Origin: an uncultured bacterium
Lineage (GTDB): Bacteria; Patescibacteriota; Dojkabacteria; J137
Length of the DNA: 64,000 nucleotides
NCBI GenBank assembly: GCA_963700155.1
Contig: OY969472.1
Coordinates: forward strand, 66,058 to 130,057
Reading direction: 5' to 3'
Shown: piece after piece, positions 36,302 through 46,965 of the stretch
How positions within the stretch are numbered: the stretch's first letter is position 1
Layout: the number at the start of each line of letters is the position of its first letter
Position numbers and translations under genes: made by a program
The notes under the pieces: generated by a model
What the model saw: the letters and a program-made list of their open reading frames with translations, nothing else
Database searches by the model: none
What the model was told of the DNA's origin: nothing

Positions 36302-36341
36302 TCACAACTTGATTATATCAAAACAGCATTCAATAAGAAGG

Positions 36342-36992
36342 TCAGCTAATCTTTATATCTTTTACAAAATTTTCAAAAATTTTAACTTGTTCCTGGTTCT
36401 TACTTAAATCTGAATCTAATGATGAAGTATTAATGCAGAATCCTTGCTTAAAACATCCATAAACCTGGTAGTAGATATTTTTATCTGTAACAGGTTGAGA
36501 CTGATCAGAATTTTCATCTCTAGATTCTAAAACTAAAGCTTTATAAACTGCCCCAATATCCTGTCCATTTGAAGTTATTGTTTTTACAACGTCTTTAACC
36601 TCTGGTGCATAAGGCGCTATTAAGAAAGTTGGTGTTGAAATATATAAAGTACTACTCCCATTATTAACAACATAAATTCTACAATCTGTCTGATTTTGTG
36701 TATCACACTTTATCAATGAATTATCGTTATTTTGATATGCAGTTGTAATTTCCCAATTTTTCGGAACATTTATTTTTTTATCTCCTAATTCTAATGTTTT
36801 TGAATTATTTAATTCTAAAACAGTCCCTGTAATTGAGCCAAAGAGCTGTGTGTTTTGTACCTCACTTGTATTATTACTATTCTGAGAATTTCTGTAAATA
36901 ATAAAGAAGATCATTAGTACAATTATTATTATAATGAATACAGTTAACCTGTTATCAAGTTTATTTGTAGGTCTTTTTATTTTGATAGCCAT
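36342..36992 (-). CDS. membrane-anchored secreted hypothetical protein
   Basis: N-terminal TM helix; no motif. Confidence 0.3.
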   Translation of the reverse strand: MAIKIKRPTNKLDNRLTVFIIIIIVLMIFFIIYRNSQNSNNTSEVQNTQLFGSITGTVLELNNSKTLELGDKKINVPKNWEITTAYQNNDNSLIKCDTQNQTDCRIYVVNNGSSTLYISTPTFLIAPYAPEVKDVVKTITSNGQDIGAVYKALVLESRDENSDQSQPVTDKNIYYQVYGCFKQGFCINTSSLDSDLSKNQEQVKIFENFVKDIKIS

Positions 36993-37048
36993 TTAGAAAA
37001 ATAATATTATGCTATACTAACTTAATACAGATTAAACCTTATTTCAAG

Positions 37049-37564
37049 ATGGTATCTAAAATTTTCAAAGCTTCTAGAGCTAATTTTGAGGATATTAAAG
37101 GTTTAATGCTTACTGCGTTAAAAGAAGATCCCAAAGGATTTAGTGTTTCTTTTGAAGAATATAATACCAACTCAGATTTTTGGTGGTTTACTTATATTGA
37201 TCCATACCTTTCAGGAGAAAAAGATGTTATGTATTTGATTAGCACAGATGATCAAGTTGTTGGGATGGCTGGAATAATTTTTGAATTTAGAGAAAGAAAA
37301 CGCCATGTTGCAACTTTAGTTTGGGTATATATAAAAAAAGAATTCAGAGGAAAAGGGTTAGGAAAAGAATTAATTAATTTTATTGTTAATGATTTAAAAA
37401 CTCAGGAAAATATTATTAAATTAAGTCTTCTAGTAAATTCTACTCAAAATAATGCATTAAACTTATACAAAAAATTAGGTTTTGAAACTGCTGGAGTTTT
37501 AAAGAAAGATATAAAAATTGGTGATGAGTTTATTGATACATATTCAATGGAGCTTTTTCTTTGA
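37049..37564 (+). CDS. GNAT family N-acetyltransferase
   Basis: acetyl-CoA-binding motif RGKGLGKELINF. Confidence 0.6.
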   Translation: MVSKIFKASRANFEDIKGLMLTALKEDPKGFSVSFEEYNTNSDFWWFTYIDPYLSGEKDVMYLISTDDQVVGMAGIIFEFRERKRHVATLVWVYIKKEFRGKGLGKELINFIVNDLKTQENIIKLSLLVNSTQNNALNLYKKLGFETAGVLKKDIKIGDEFIDTYSMELFL

Positions 37565-37697
37565 AAATCTAAATATTTTGACATAATTACCCTCCATAAA
37601 CTATAATGATATAACACATTAGAAAATGCTTCACATCAACTTCTTAAAGCTTTTGACACTTTCTTGGAGATAAATTTAGTTCTTATCTAAATAAGCT

Positions 37698-38168
37698 ATG
37701 GATAATCTACAAATTCCAGAAAATGAAATGTTAGTTTCAAATACAGTTTTAAAATTATTAAGATTTTTTAGAGATAATTATGATGAAGGAGATTTATTAG
37801 CATTGTGCGAAAAAATTTCTATTGGGTTTGATGATCTTAAAATTAAACAACAGATAAATATGATCCTCGAACTATATAAAACTGATAGATCAAGAATTTA
37901 TCCTGAAATATATAACTTTTTAGATTCAGATGAAATTTTTCCGCTTCTTGAGCAATCAAATATTGAAGCTTTGCAGAGGTTTTTGCATAATATTGCCTCA
38001 AGAAGACTTCCAGTCAATGCAACGTTAGCTCAAATGCAAAATGAAATAAGAGATTTAATTGGTGAAATTCTAAAAAAAACTGAAAGTGATAAAGTCAGTC
38101 TTGAAAATATTCTAAAACTTATTCTTAATAAACAGATAAGAGTTACACCTACTCAATTAGAAAGCTAA
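37698..38168 (+). CDS. hypothetical protein
   Basis: 156-aa ORF, no motif. Confidence 0.3.
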   Translation: MDNLQIPENEMLVSNTVLKLLRFFRDNYDEGDLLALCEKISIGFDDLKIKQQINMILELYKTDRSRIYPEIYNFLDSDEIFPLLEQSNIEALQRFLHNIASRRLPVNATLAQMQNEIRDLIGEILKKTESDKVSLENILKLILNKQIRVTPTQLES

Positions 38169-38240
38169 ATATTCATTTCTGCTTCACAAATTAAATGATT
38201 TACTTTGATATAATATAGTTATATTTTTTTCAATATATAA

Positions 38241-38495
38241 ATGATTCAAACTGTAGGGGATATTATATTATTTCTCTTCATAACTTTTATAATTGCAATA
38301 ATTCTAGTCCCTATTTTAATTGCTGTATTTTTTTATTTTATTTTAAAAGGTAATACTGGTAAGTTCAATCTGACTGAAACAATTAAAAGCATTTTTACAA
38401 AAATTCAAGGTTTTTTCAAAACAAAAGTAGATCCAAAGAAATATGATAAGAATGGAAATAAAATAGAAGATGCTGAATTTAGAGAATTAAATTAA
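38241..38495 (+). CDS. small membrane protein
   Basis: 84 aa with one long hydrophobic segment. Confidence 0.3.
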   Translation: MIQTVGDIILFLFITFIIAIILVPILIAVFFYFILKGNTGKFNLTETIKSIFTKIQGFFKTKVDPKKYDKNGNKIEDAEFRELN

Positions 38496-39901
38496 TAAAC
38501 CCACATAGCCTCTATTCCAATTATATTATTATCAATTAGTTTTTTATCTTTCTGATCTAAAACTATCAAACTAGCTGAAGAAGGTTTGGTCTGGAATAAA
38601 TAGTTCCTCTGATCCTCGAAATTCAATAGATTTTGCTTAGTGTATCTTTCGATTACAATATATCTATCATCAGGACTGATTCTTGGAAGTTCTAGACTAC
38701 GATCTTCATCCTTTAATAAAACCTTTTCATTTCCTTTATTATCAATTTTCACAATTTCATAAATCCCTTTTGTTGTAGGTAATTCTTTATATTCTTGTGC
38801 AAAAATTATATCATCATCAGTAAAATCATATTCAGGATCAAGAACTGGTACATCACCATTAGTTAATTTTTTTTGCTTTCTGTCAGAAGTATAAACCGTA
38901 AGATATTGAGCTTTAGTATATGTCGATAAAGGATCATATGCTATATAAATTATTTTATCGCTGTCTTTGTTAAAACCACCATCAGCTAAAAACCTTTCCA
39001 ATACTGTTTTATCTGAAGGATTATCAATTGGTATAATGTAATAATATGAGTCACTTGATTTAAATAAAATACTTCCACCATCAGCAGAATACTTCATATC
39101 AATTATCTGTATTGAAAGATAATCACTATTCAAAATCTTATTAGTTCCAGAATCAATATCATATAAATTCAAATCAATCTGGTTAGAAGGTTGGGTATAT
39201 TCGTCTTTTTTTTCAATTTCTTGTGTTAAATAAATAAATTGATTTGCAACTGGTGAAAAATCTAATCTATCAATGGTGACAGAACCCAAATCAAATTTCT
39301 TAATTTCTCCTGTTTTAAGATTTTTAAATTGTAAACTATCAATTCCTTCACTATCTGTAACAACAACAAGATAATCTTTATTTAATGCGAACAGCTTAAT
39401 ATTTGATGTTTGAAATAGAACCTTTGGGTTCTGGAAGTCAGGATCTGCTAAAATTATTTGCTGATCACTTTGTGAGTTTTTTTGAATATAAGCTAAATGT
39501 AAATTTTCTGTTTTGAAATTATAGAGAAAATCTTCTGTTAAATTTTTTCCATAAACATCCTTCATATCCTTGCTGATTTTAATTTGGTAATCAGTTGAAG
39601 CTATTAAATTGCCTTTAAAAATGATAAACAAGGTATTATTTGACCATGATGTAGAAAAATTAGCTGATGGATTTATAGTTACATAGTGGGCCGATGAATC
39701 TTTATTCATCGGCCCACTAAAATATACTTTAACTCTTTGGTCTTTTATTCCTAATGAATTCTGATCTCCATTAATCTCAACAAATCTAACATGTGGAGCT
39801 GTATTCAAATTTAGATACACAAAAATAAGTATCAAAATTAAAATCACTACAATTGAAAATGACATTATAAGATTAAATTTGTCTTTAAAAAAAACCCTCA
39901 T
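38492..39901 (-). CDS. membrane-anchored beta-propeller (TolB-like) protein
   Basis: N-terminal TM helix followed by repetitive beta-rich sequence. Confidence 0.35.
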   Translation of the reverse strand: MRVFFKDKFNLIMSFSIVVILILILIFVYLNLNTAPHVRFVEINGDQNSLGIKDQRVKVYFSGPMNKDSSAHYVTINPSANFSTSWSNNTLFIIFKGNLIASTDYQIKISKDMKDVYGKNLTEDFLYNFKTENLHLAYIQKNSQSDQQIILADPDFQNPKVLFQTSNIKLFALNKDYLVVVTDSEGIDSLQFKNLKTGEIKKFDLGSVTIDRLDFSPVANQFIYLTQEIEKKDEYTQPSNQIDLNLYDIDSGTNKILNSDYLSIQIIDMKYSADGGSILFKSSDSYYYIIPIDNPSDKTVLERFLADGGFNKDSDKIIYIAYDPLSTYTKAQYLTVYTSDRKQKKLTNGDVPVLDPEYDFTDDDIIFAQEYKELPTTKGIYEIVKIDNKGNEKVLLKDEDRSLELPRISPDDRYIVIERYTKQNLLNFEDQRNYLFQTKPSSASLIVLDQKDKKLIDNNIIGIEAMWVY

Positions 39902-39909
39902 AAAATTTT

Positions 39910-40755
39910 TTAGTATATATATGGATTATTAGGTTCATCAATCTTTTCTAGATTATCAGCAATAATAACTAGCTGGTCTTTTCCTTCAATATTCTGAATA
40001 TCAAACTTTCCATGTACTAGAACCCAATCATCTACCTTAAATTCTTTGTCCCAATTCCCAGAAATAACAGGCATACCAACTGGTCTTGCATCAACTGCAC
40101 AACAAGTAATTACAAACCTTGAAACAAGAAATATATTACTTCCTAGTGAGTCTTTTTTGAAAATAAATCCTTTAACATTCACATTTTTACCTTTATAAAA
40201 ACTTAAGTCTGGGTTGTAATTTAGTGAAGTAATCCAATCACCTAAATCATAATTATCTGTGTTTGAAAATGTTTGCACAACTGAGCTGCTTCCCTGTAGG
40301 CTTACAGTATTAAAATCAGATTCTCTTTGATATGCTGTAATTGAAGAAAGGCTTTTTGGCGCGGTAAAAATGAATAATAAAAGACAAATAGTTAATCCAA
40401 GATAACTTATATAAACTGGAATATGAACTTTTTTAAAGAACACTATTGTTAATAATAAATCTAATAAAAGCAAATTAACATTTACTACAAAAGCCAAAAA
40501 GCCCACCACAAACAATATAATAAATTTGCCGATAAACCCCCTATACTTGAGAATCCAAGGTTTTATAGTTTTATAGTTTTTGAATAATAGATACAAAAGA
40601 CCTAATAAAGAAACTGATAAAGCAGTGAGACTTGCAATGTGGCTATATTCAAAGAAATTAGGATTAATATAATTATTTATCTGATTTGTTGTATAAAGAT
40701 AAAGATTATATCCTCCAAAAACTAAAATTATTATCAGCTTTAAAAATAACTTCAT
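39910..40755 (-). CDS. TIGR03943/DUF1980-type membrane protein (partner of DUF318 permease)
   Basis: N-terminal TM helices plus C-terminal soluble domain; adjacent to a YraQ-type permease as is typical for this pair. Confidence 0.4.
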   Translation of the reverse strand: MKLFLKLIIILVFGGYNLYLYTTNQINNYINPNFFEYSHIASLTALSVSLLGLLYLLFKNYKTIKPWILKYRGFIGKFIILFVVGFLAFVVNVNLLLLDLLLTIVFFKKVHIPVYISYLGLTICLLLFIFTAPKSLSSITAYQRESDFNTVSLQGSSSVVQTFSNTDNYDLGDWITSLNYNPDLSFYKGKNVNVKGFIFKKDSLGSNIFLVSRFVITCCAVDARPVGMPVISGNWDKEFKVDDWVLVHGKFDIQNIEGKDQLVIIADNLEKIDEPNNPYIY

Positions 40756-41762
40756 TATATAAAGTGGTTAACAATTAAACCAATTAAAACACTAAACAGT
40801 GTTACAAACAAAGTAATTAAAACTAGAACTTTTAATTTGAATGTGCTTTTCATCATGGTTAAAATTTTCATATCAATCATTGGTCCAAAAACTAGAAATG
40901 AAACTATTGAACCAATCGTAAATGTTCCAACATAAGGTAAAGCTACAAAAGCATCAACATTTGAACAAACTGAGATCACGAATGCAAATAGTATCATGGC
41001 AATAATTGACAGAAACGGGCTTTGCCCTATAGCTGTAATAACATCTCTTGGAATAAATACTTGCGATAAAGCTGCAAAAACCGCACCAATTGTCAGCATT
41101 TTTGCAACTTCAATAAACTCATTTTGAAATATTTCGATTCCTTCAAAAAACATTCCATGATCATGATGTTCATGAACTTCACAAACTTCTCCATAAAATT
41201 CATCAGTTAAGAGTGAATTCTGATCTTTTTTATAACTTATTAATATTCCTATAAAATTTGCAACAATAAAGGCCGAAACTGCCCTAATTAGAACTATTGA
41301 AGTATCAGGTGCAAACGCTTGATAGGTTGCCCATAATGTTATGGGATTAACAACAGGAGCTGCAAGTAAAAAAGTAACTGACTGTGACACAGTAAAGTTC
41401 TTAGCTATTAATCTTCTTGCGACAGGAACATTTCCACACTCACAGACTGGCATTAAGAATCCTAAAAGTGATATTAAAATATGACTTACAAATCTATTTT
41501 TTGGTAAATGTTTATGAAGCCATTCTTCGCTAACAAATAAACCTACTATAACTGAAACAGCAACTCCTAATAAAATGAACGGGAAAGCTTCAACTATTAC
41601 ACTTAAAAATAAAGTTATAAATTCCTGAACTTTTGCAGCTAAAATCTGTCCATTTGGGTCATAGGCAAGATACTGGTCTAAATTAAAAAGTTTAAACAGA
41701 TATACACCTGCTACAATTAAAAGTATTAAAATAAGAAAAGAATTTTGTTTTAACAATTTCAT
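40755..41762 (-). CDS. DUF318/YraQ-type permease
   Basis: polytopic; CECGNVPVARRL and HEHHDHG motifs. Confidence 0.5.
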   Translation of the reverse strand: MKLLKQNSFLILILLIVAGVYLFKLFNLDQYLAYDPNGQILAAKVQEFITLFLSVIVEAFPFILLGVAVSVIVGLFVSEEWLHKHLPKNRFVSHILISLLGFLMPVCECGNVPVARRLIAKNFTVSQSVTFLLAAPVVNPITLWATYQAFAPDTSIVLIRAVSAFIVANFIGILISYKKDQNSLLTDEFYGEVCEVHEHHDHGMFFEGIEIFQNEFIEVAKMLTIGAVFAALSQVFIPRDVITAIGQSPFLSIIAMILFAFVISVCSNVDAFVALPYVGTFTIGSIVSFLVFGPMIDMKILTMMKSTFKLKVLVLITLFVTLFSVLIGLIVNHFI

Positions 41763-41807
41763 TTATTTAGTTTAAAATCTCTATCATTATACTCTTGAGA
41801 TTCATTT

Positions 41808-44288
41808 ATGACACCAATGCAAGAACAATACAATCGAATCAAACATGAATATGGTGATGCTATAGTACTTTTCAGGCTTGGTGATTTTTATGAAGCTTTT
41901 GATGAAGATGCCGTCAGTATTTCAAAAATTTTAGGAATCACACTAACCGGACGAGGTAAGAATGAAACACGAAGACCAATGGCAGGAATTCCACATCATG
42001 CACTTCCTAACTATTTACCCAAATTAATTGAAGCCAATCTGAAAATTGCTATTGCTGATCAAATGGAAGAGCCTGTTGCAGGAAAATTAGTTGAAAGGCA
42101 AGTTACAAAATTAATCACACCAGGAACAATTTTAGATGAAAATTCTTTGGATAGCTCAAAGAATAACTATATAGCTTCAGTATTTTTTGATGAAAAGAAT
42201 ATTTGTTTAACTTATTGTGATCTTTCAACTGGAGAATTAAAAACATTTGAGACCAACTCAGCTGCCGCTTTCAAAATAGAACTAAATAAAATTGCACCTG
42301 CAGAGGTGATTATTCTTGAAAAGCAGAAAGAAAAACTTAATGAAATGACAGATTTTTTTCTAGAAGCTGTTGAAGATAAAAATTCTGACTATAAAAAAAA
42401 CTATGAGTTATTAACTAAACAATTTGGGACTTCAAACTTAAAAGGCTTTGGAATTGAAAATAACGAAGGAATAATCACCTCTGCAGGAATACTTATTCAA
42501 TATTTAATAGATTGCCAAAAAACTGAATTAAATCATATTAAAGATATTAAAATATACAATTATTCAGATTTTATGCATCTGGATATGGAAACCATAAGAA
42601 ATCTCGAGCTGGTTTTCCCTATGAATAATTCAGGGCAAGATTCTACTCTATTTTACTTTTTGAATGGATGTGAGACTTCTATGGGTAAAAGGAAATTAAG
42701 AAACTGGATAATAAACCCATTAATTAATAAAGAAATGCTGGAAGATAGAATAGAATCTGTAGATTATTTTTTTGAAAACCCAATTATTACATCAGAGTTA
42801 AAAGAGAATCTTAGTAATATTATAGATTTAGAGAGGGTTGCTGGAAAAATTGGAGTTGGATCAGCTAATCCAAAAGATCTATATGCTTTAAAACTAAGTT
42901 TAAGATTTGTATTTGAATTTTTTAAAAATTTAAAAGAAATTGATACAAAACTGCCTACGAGAATCGAGCATTTAGTTAACCAATCTGAACAATTAGAAGT
43001 AGAAATTCAAAAGAATATAATCGAACTAATCGAAAAAAGTATTAAGGAAGATCCACCTGCAATAATTAGTGAAGGAGGAATTATAAATGATCAATACAAT
43101 CATGAAGTTGATGAATTAAGAGAAATTAGAACAAATGCAAGGTCAATTTTAGCTAAGATGCAACAGGAAGAAATTGTAAAAACAAGTATCCCCTCTTTGA
43201 AAATTTCATATAACAATGTTTTTGGATATTATATTGAAGTTACAAGAACCCATCTTGATAAGGTTCCAGATTCATATATTCGTAAACAAACTTTAGCAAA
43301 CGCGGAAAGATTTATAACTGAAGAGTTAAAAGTTCTTGAAGAAAAAATATTAAGTGCGCAAGATAATTTATTGAGATTAGAAAGTGAACTTTACAAAAAT
43401 ATAATAGGAGAAATCTCAAAGCATTTAGAAGTTTTATTGGGGCTTGCAGATCTTGTATCTGAAATCGATGTTCTTTCCAACTTTGGTTATATTTCCCGAA
43501 AGTACCAATACTGCAAGCCCCACCTAGTAGATTCAGATATTCTAAACATTGAAAACGGAAGACATCCAGTTGTTGAACGTCTAATTAGTAGCTTTACTCC
43601 AAATTCAACAAAATTTGACAAGAATTCAAAAATACACATTCTTACCGGACCAAATATGTCTGGGAAATCAACTTATATTAGACAAACGGCTTTGATCGTT
43701 TTAATGGCTCAGATTGGCTGTTTCGTTCCAGCAGATAAGTGTGAACTATCAATTATTAACAGAATCTTTACCAGAGTTGGGGCTTCAGATAATTTAAGTC
43801 GAGGTGAGTCCACATTTATGGTTGAGATGAACGAAACAGCCAACATTCTAAATAATGCTGATTCTAAGAGCTTGATTATTCTTGATGAAGTTGGGAGAGG
43901 AACAAGTACTTATGATGGAGTTGCAATTGCATGGTCAATTATTGAATATATTTCAAAGCATTTGAAAAGCAAGACTCTTTTTGCAACTCATTACCACGAA
44001 CTTACAGAACTTGAAAACAGAATGAATTCAATTAAAAATTATAATGTAGAGGTTCTTGAAGATAATGGTGAAATAATGTTTAAACATAAAATTATTGAAG
44101 GTTCTGCAAATAAAAGCTATGGAGTACATGTTGCTATGATTGCAGGTGTACCCAAGGAAGTTGTAACCAGAGCAAATGAAATATTGAAGAATTTTGAGAA
44201 TCCTGATAATAATAAACAGACAAAGGATAAGAAAAACTCTCCTACTACTCCGAAGAAAATTCATCCGGAGCAGTTAGGACTAATTTAA
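41808..44288 (+). CDS. mutS: DNA mismatch repair protein MutS
   Basis: N-terminal mismatch-binding domain (GDFYEAFDEDA) and Walker A GPNMSGKST. Confidence 0.9.
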   Translation: MTPMQEQYNRIKHEYGDAIVLFRLGDFYEAFDEDAVSISKILGITLTGRGKNETRRPMAGIPHHALPNYLPKLIEANLKIAIADQMEEPVAGKLVERQVTKLITPGTILDENSLDSSKNNYIASVFFDEKNICLTYCDLSTGELKTFETNSAAAFKIELNKIAPAEVIILEKQKEKLNEMTDFFLEAVEDKNSDYKKNYELLTKQFGTSNLKGFGIENNEGIITSAGILIQYLIDCQKTELNHIKDIKIYNYSDFMHLDMETIRNLELVFPMNNSGQDSTLFYFLNGCETSMGKRKLRNWIINPLINKEMLEDRIESVDYFFENPIITSELKENLSNIIDLERVAGKIGVGSANPKDLYALKLSLRFVFEFFKNLKEIDTKLPTRIEHLVNQSEQLEVEIQKNIIELIEKSIKEDPPAIISEGGIINDQYNHEVDELREIRTNARSILAKMQQEEIVKTSIPSLKISYNNVFGYYIEVTRTHLDKVPDSYIRKQTLANAERFITEELKVLEEKILSAQDNLLRLESELYKNIIGEISKHLEVLLGLADLVSEIDVLSNFGYISRKYQYCKPHLVDSDILNIENGRHPVVERLISSFTPNSTKFDKNSKIHILTGPNMSGKSTYIRQTALIVLMAQIGCFVPADKCELSIINRIFTRVGASDNLSRGESTFMVEMNETANILNNADSKSLIILDEVGRGTSTYDGVAIAWSIIEYISKHLKSKTLFATHYHELTELENRMNSIKNYNVEVLEDNGEIMFKHKIIEGSANKSYGVHVAMIAGVPKEVVTRANEILKNFENPDNNKQTKDKKNSPTTPKKIHPEQLGLI

Positions 44289-44296
44289 ATTTTATA

Positions 44297-44773
44297 TTGA
44301 TTTTTATGATCGACTTGCCTGATCCAATTTTAGATGACTCTTTAGATTCTTTTAGTTGGGATGAATTATATACTTTCAAATCAAGTTTTGTTCAAGAAAA
44401 TCAAAAAGTACTCGAAGATTTGAAAGTTAAAATAATAAATAAAACATTTGATAATACCGAACTTTTTAAAGATTTTAAAATAGATAATAAACCGCTAAAT
44501 ATTTTAAAAATTGAGCGAGCTAAATTAGATTATTTGTGCTTTAGTCTTGTATTTTTCTCATTTATAAAAACAGGTGATATTTCAAAATTTGAACCCAGCA
44601 TATTAAAATTAACTAAAGAATTTATTGACCACTTTCAAAGTAAAGTTGAAGATGTTTTTTATATTCTAATAGAAAAAGACACTAAACCTTATAATGTTAG
44701 TCGTATGAAAGAGCTTAGCTTAATAATAGATGAAGTTATAGAAGCTGTGACTGCAATTAATGATGCGGTATAA
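44297..44773 (+). CDS. hypothetical protein
   Basis: 158-aa ORF, no motif. Confidence 0.3.
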   Translation: MIFMIDLPDPILDDSLDSFSWDELYTFKSSFVQENQKVLEDLKVKIINKTFDNTELFKDFKIDNKPLNILKIERAKLDYLCFSLVFFSFIKTGDISKFEPSILKLTKEFIDHFQSKVEDVFYILIEKDTKPYNVSRMKELSLIIDEVIEAVTAINDAV

Positions 44774-44993
44774 AAAAGTTAATATCTTTATTGTAGATAT
44801 TTGCTAATTCAATAAGCTCAATTATATCAAGCCTTCTATCACCATTTTCAATTTTTGAGATATATGATGCGTATTTATTAATCTTATCAGCAACATATTC
44901 TTGCTTAAAACCAGCCTCTCTTCTAGCTTCTCTTAACTTTTTTGTAATAAATTCATACTTTGGGTCGTAGATGCTTTTAATCGAGTTCTTCAT
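44757..44993 (-). CDS. XRE-family HTH transcriptional regulator
   Basis: QEYVADKINKYASYISKIENGDRRLDI helix-turn-helix. Confidence 0.55.
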   Translation of the reverse strand: MKNSIKSIYDPKYEFITKKLREARREAGFKQEYVADKINKYASYISKIENGDRRLDIIELIELANIYNKDINFFIPHH

Positions 44994-45184
44994 AGAGAAT
45001 CAATAATATGTAAACTTAGATAATTTAAAATCAGTTTGAATATTAAACTGTAAGGTGTATTTTACCAAAAGAGAAACTAAATTACCTTTAAGAATGTGTA
45101 AATTTTACATTAAAATTTCTGGTTTAGCAGAAACTATCAAGTTCTGCTAAAATATGTTATAAATAACCTGGTTAAAAATACTCA

Positions 45185-45919
45185 ATGGATATAACAGATA
45201 GGCAAAAAAAACTTTTATTAACTATAATTCAAGAATTCATTGAAACTGCTGAAGCAGTCGGTTCAATAAGTCTTCAAAACAAATATAAATTCAAAGTAAG
45301 CCCTGCAACAATTAGAAATGAAATGGCTGAACTTGTCTTACAAGGTTATTTATATCAAAAAAACAGTAGTGGAGGAAGAATTCCTACAACAAAAGGCTGG
45401 AGATATTTTATAGAAACTTTAATAAGTGCTGGTCTTTGGGATGAACCTGATATTGTTACAAAAGAACAGATTAAAACTAATTTAAATAAAGTAAAGTTTA
45501 ATAATAATGAATTAATTAGGAAAGCCATAAATTATCTAAGTGAATTATCTGATAATGCCGCATTTGCTTTAATTGATGGAGACATTTATTATGCAGGGCT
45601 CTCAAATATGGTTGATATACCTGAGTTTAGAGAAATTGGGAAAATGCAGAAAATTTTAGCGCTTTTGGAAGACTATTATACACTTTCAGAAATTGTTAAT
45701 AAACATCTTGTTGATGATGATATTAATATTTTAATAGGTGAAGAAGCCGAACAAACTGAGTTTGAGGATTATGCTGTTGTATTTTCTGAGATCAGAACAC
45801 ATCAAAATCAAAAAGGATATATTGCTGTAATAGGGCCGAATAGAATGCCTTATAATCAAATTATTCCTGCTATCAAGTATCTTGCAGATACTTTACGAAA
45901 GTTAGTTTCAAATTGGTGA
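45185..45919 (+). CDS. hrcA: heat-inducible transcription repressor HrcA
   Basis: N-terminal HrcA wHTH (ATIRNEMAELVLQGYL); position upstream of grpE-dnaK. Confidence 0.75.
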   Translation: MDITDRQKKLLLTIIQEFIETAEAVGSISLQNKYKFKVSPATIRNEMAELVLQGYLYQKNSSGGRIPTTKGWRYFIETLISAGLWDEPDIVTKEQIKTNLNKVKFNNNELIRKAINYLSELSDNAAFALIDGDIYYAGLSNMVDIPEFREIGKMQKILALLEDYYTLSEIVNKHLVDDDINILIGEEAEQTEFEDYAVVFSEIRTHQNQKGYIAVIGPNRMPYNQIIPAIKYLADTLRKLVSNW

Positions 45920-45962
45920 TTTTTAAATATTTTTTTTAAGTAAATTATTAGATTTTTGTTTT

Positions 45963-46889
45963 ATGGAAAGTTTAAGTAATAAAATTAAGAAAATAGTTAA
46001 TGAAGCAAAAGCTTTAAGAGAAAAATATATTTTAGATACTCCAGCTGAATTAGATTATGTTGCCTTATTTACACATAAAAATAAAGAATATGAATTCTAT
46101 TTAGAAGAAGCTAGTAAAATAGGGAAAATAAAAAGTGAAAACAAAACTGGTGTAACTTTTGAGTTAAATGAAAACTATGAAACTATTGATGGTGAATTTA
46201 AATTTCTAAAAATAAGAAAACCTGATGATAAAAAAACACAATTAGGTGCACCCGATTATAAAATTGCAAACTATGAAGAATTTAAAAATAAATATCTTGA
46301 TAATTTTCATTTTATTATAAAAAAGTCATCAGATGGATTTGAGCTTATTGAATTATCTGATAAAGACTTTGATGTTTTGATTTACTTTCCAAGAATTCCG
46401 CTAAGTTCAGAAAAAGAAAATACCAATTCAAATCTAGATGAATTGCAGGAACTAAAGCTTCAATTAACTGAAGAGAAGGGGAAAAGATTGCAGTTGATGG
46501 CGGATTTCCAGAACTTCCAAAAAAGAATAAATGAGGAGAAATCCGCCTGGGGTGCTTTATCAAATATGGCGTTGATCCAAGATATTCTTGAAGTCTTTGA
46601 TGATATTGAGCTAGCCATGAATGATGAGAATTTAACATTAGAGCATGCAAAGCATTCATTGAAATCTGCACAAGATAAAATAATAGCTGCAGCATTAAAA
46701 GCAGGAGTAGAAAAAATTGAAGTTAATGTTGGCGATGAATTTGATAAAGAAAAAATGGAAGCAGTAACAATGGTTCCTGTACAAGATAAAAAACAATCTG
46801 GAAGAGTCATTGCAGTTATTAGTTCAGCATATAAATTGACAAACAAGGAAGGTATCTTAAGACCTGCTAAGGTTGTTATAGGTAAATAA
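45963..46889 (+). CDS. grpE: nucleotide exchange factor GrpE (with N-terminal extension)
   Basis: C-terminal GrpE coiled-coil and beta-domain (LQLMADFQNFQKR ... VMKGY-like); operon context. Confidence 0.75.
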   Translation: MESLSNKIKKIVNEAKALREKYILDTPAELDYVALFTHKNKEYEFYLEEASKIGKIKSENKTGVTFELNENYETIDGEFKFLKIRKPDDKKTQLGAPDYKIANYEEFKNKYLDNFHFIIKKSSDGFELIELSDKDFDVLIYFPRIPLSSEKENTNSNLDELQELKLQLTEEKGKRLQLMADFQNFQKRINEEKSAWGALSNMALIQDILEVFDDIELAMNDENLTLEHAKHSLKSAQDKIIAAALKAGVEKIEVNVGDEFDKEKMEAVTMVPVQDKKQSGRVIAVISSAYKLTNKEGILRPAKVVIGK

Positions 46890-46965
46890 CTTCTTTCTTG
46901 ACAATCAAAAGTTAGCAGGTATACAATTAGAGTGCTAATTTAAAATAAATATTATTAAAATTATT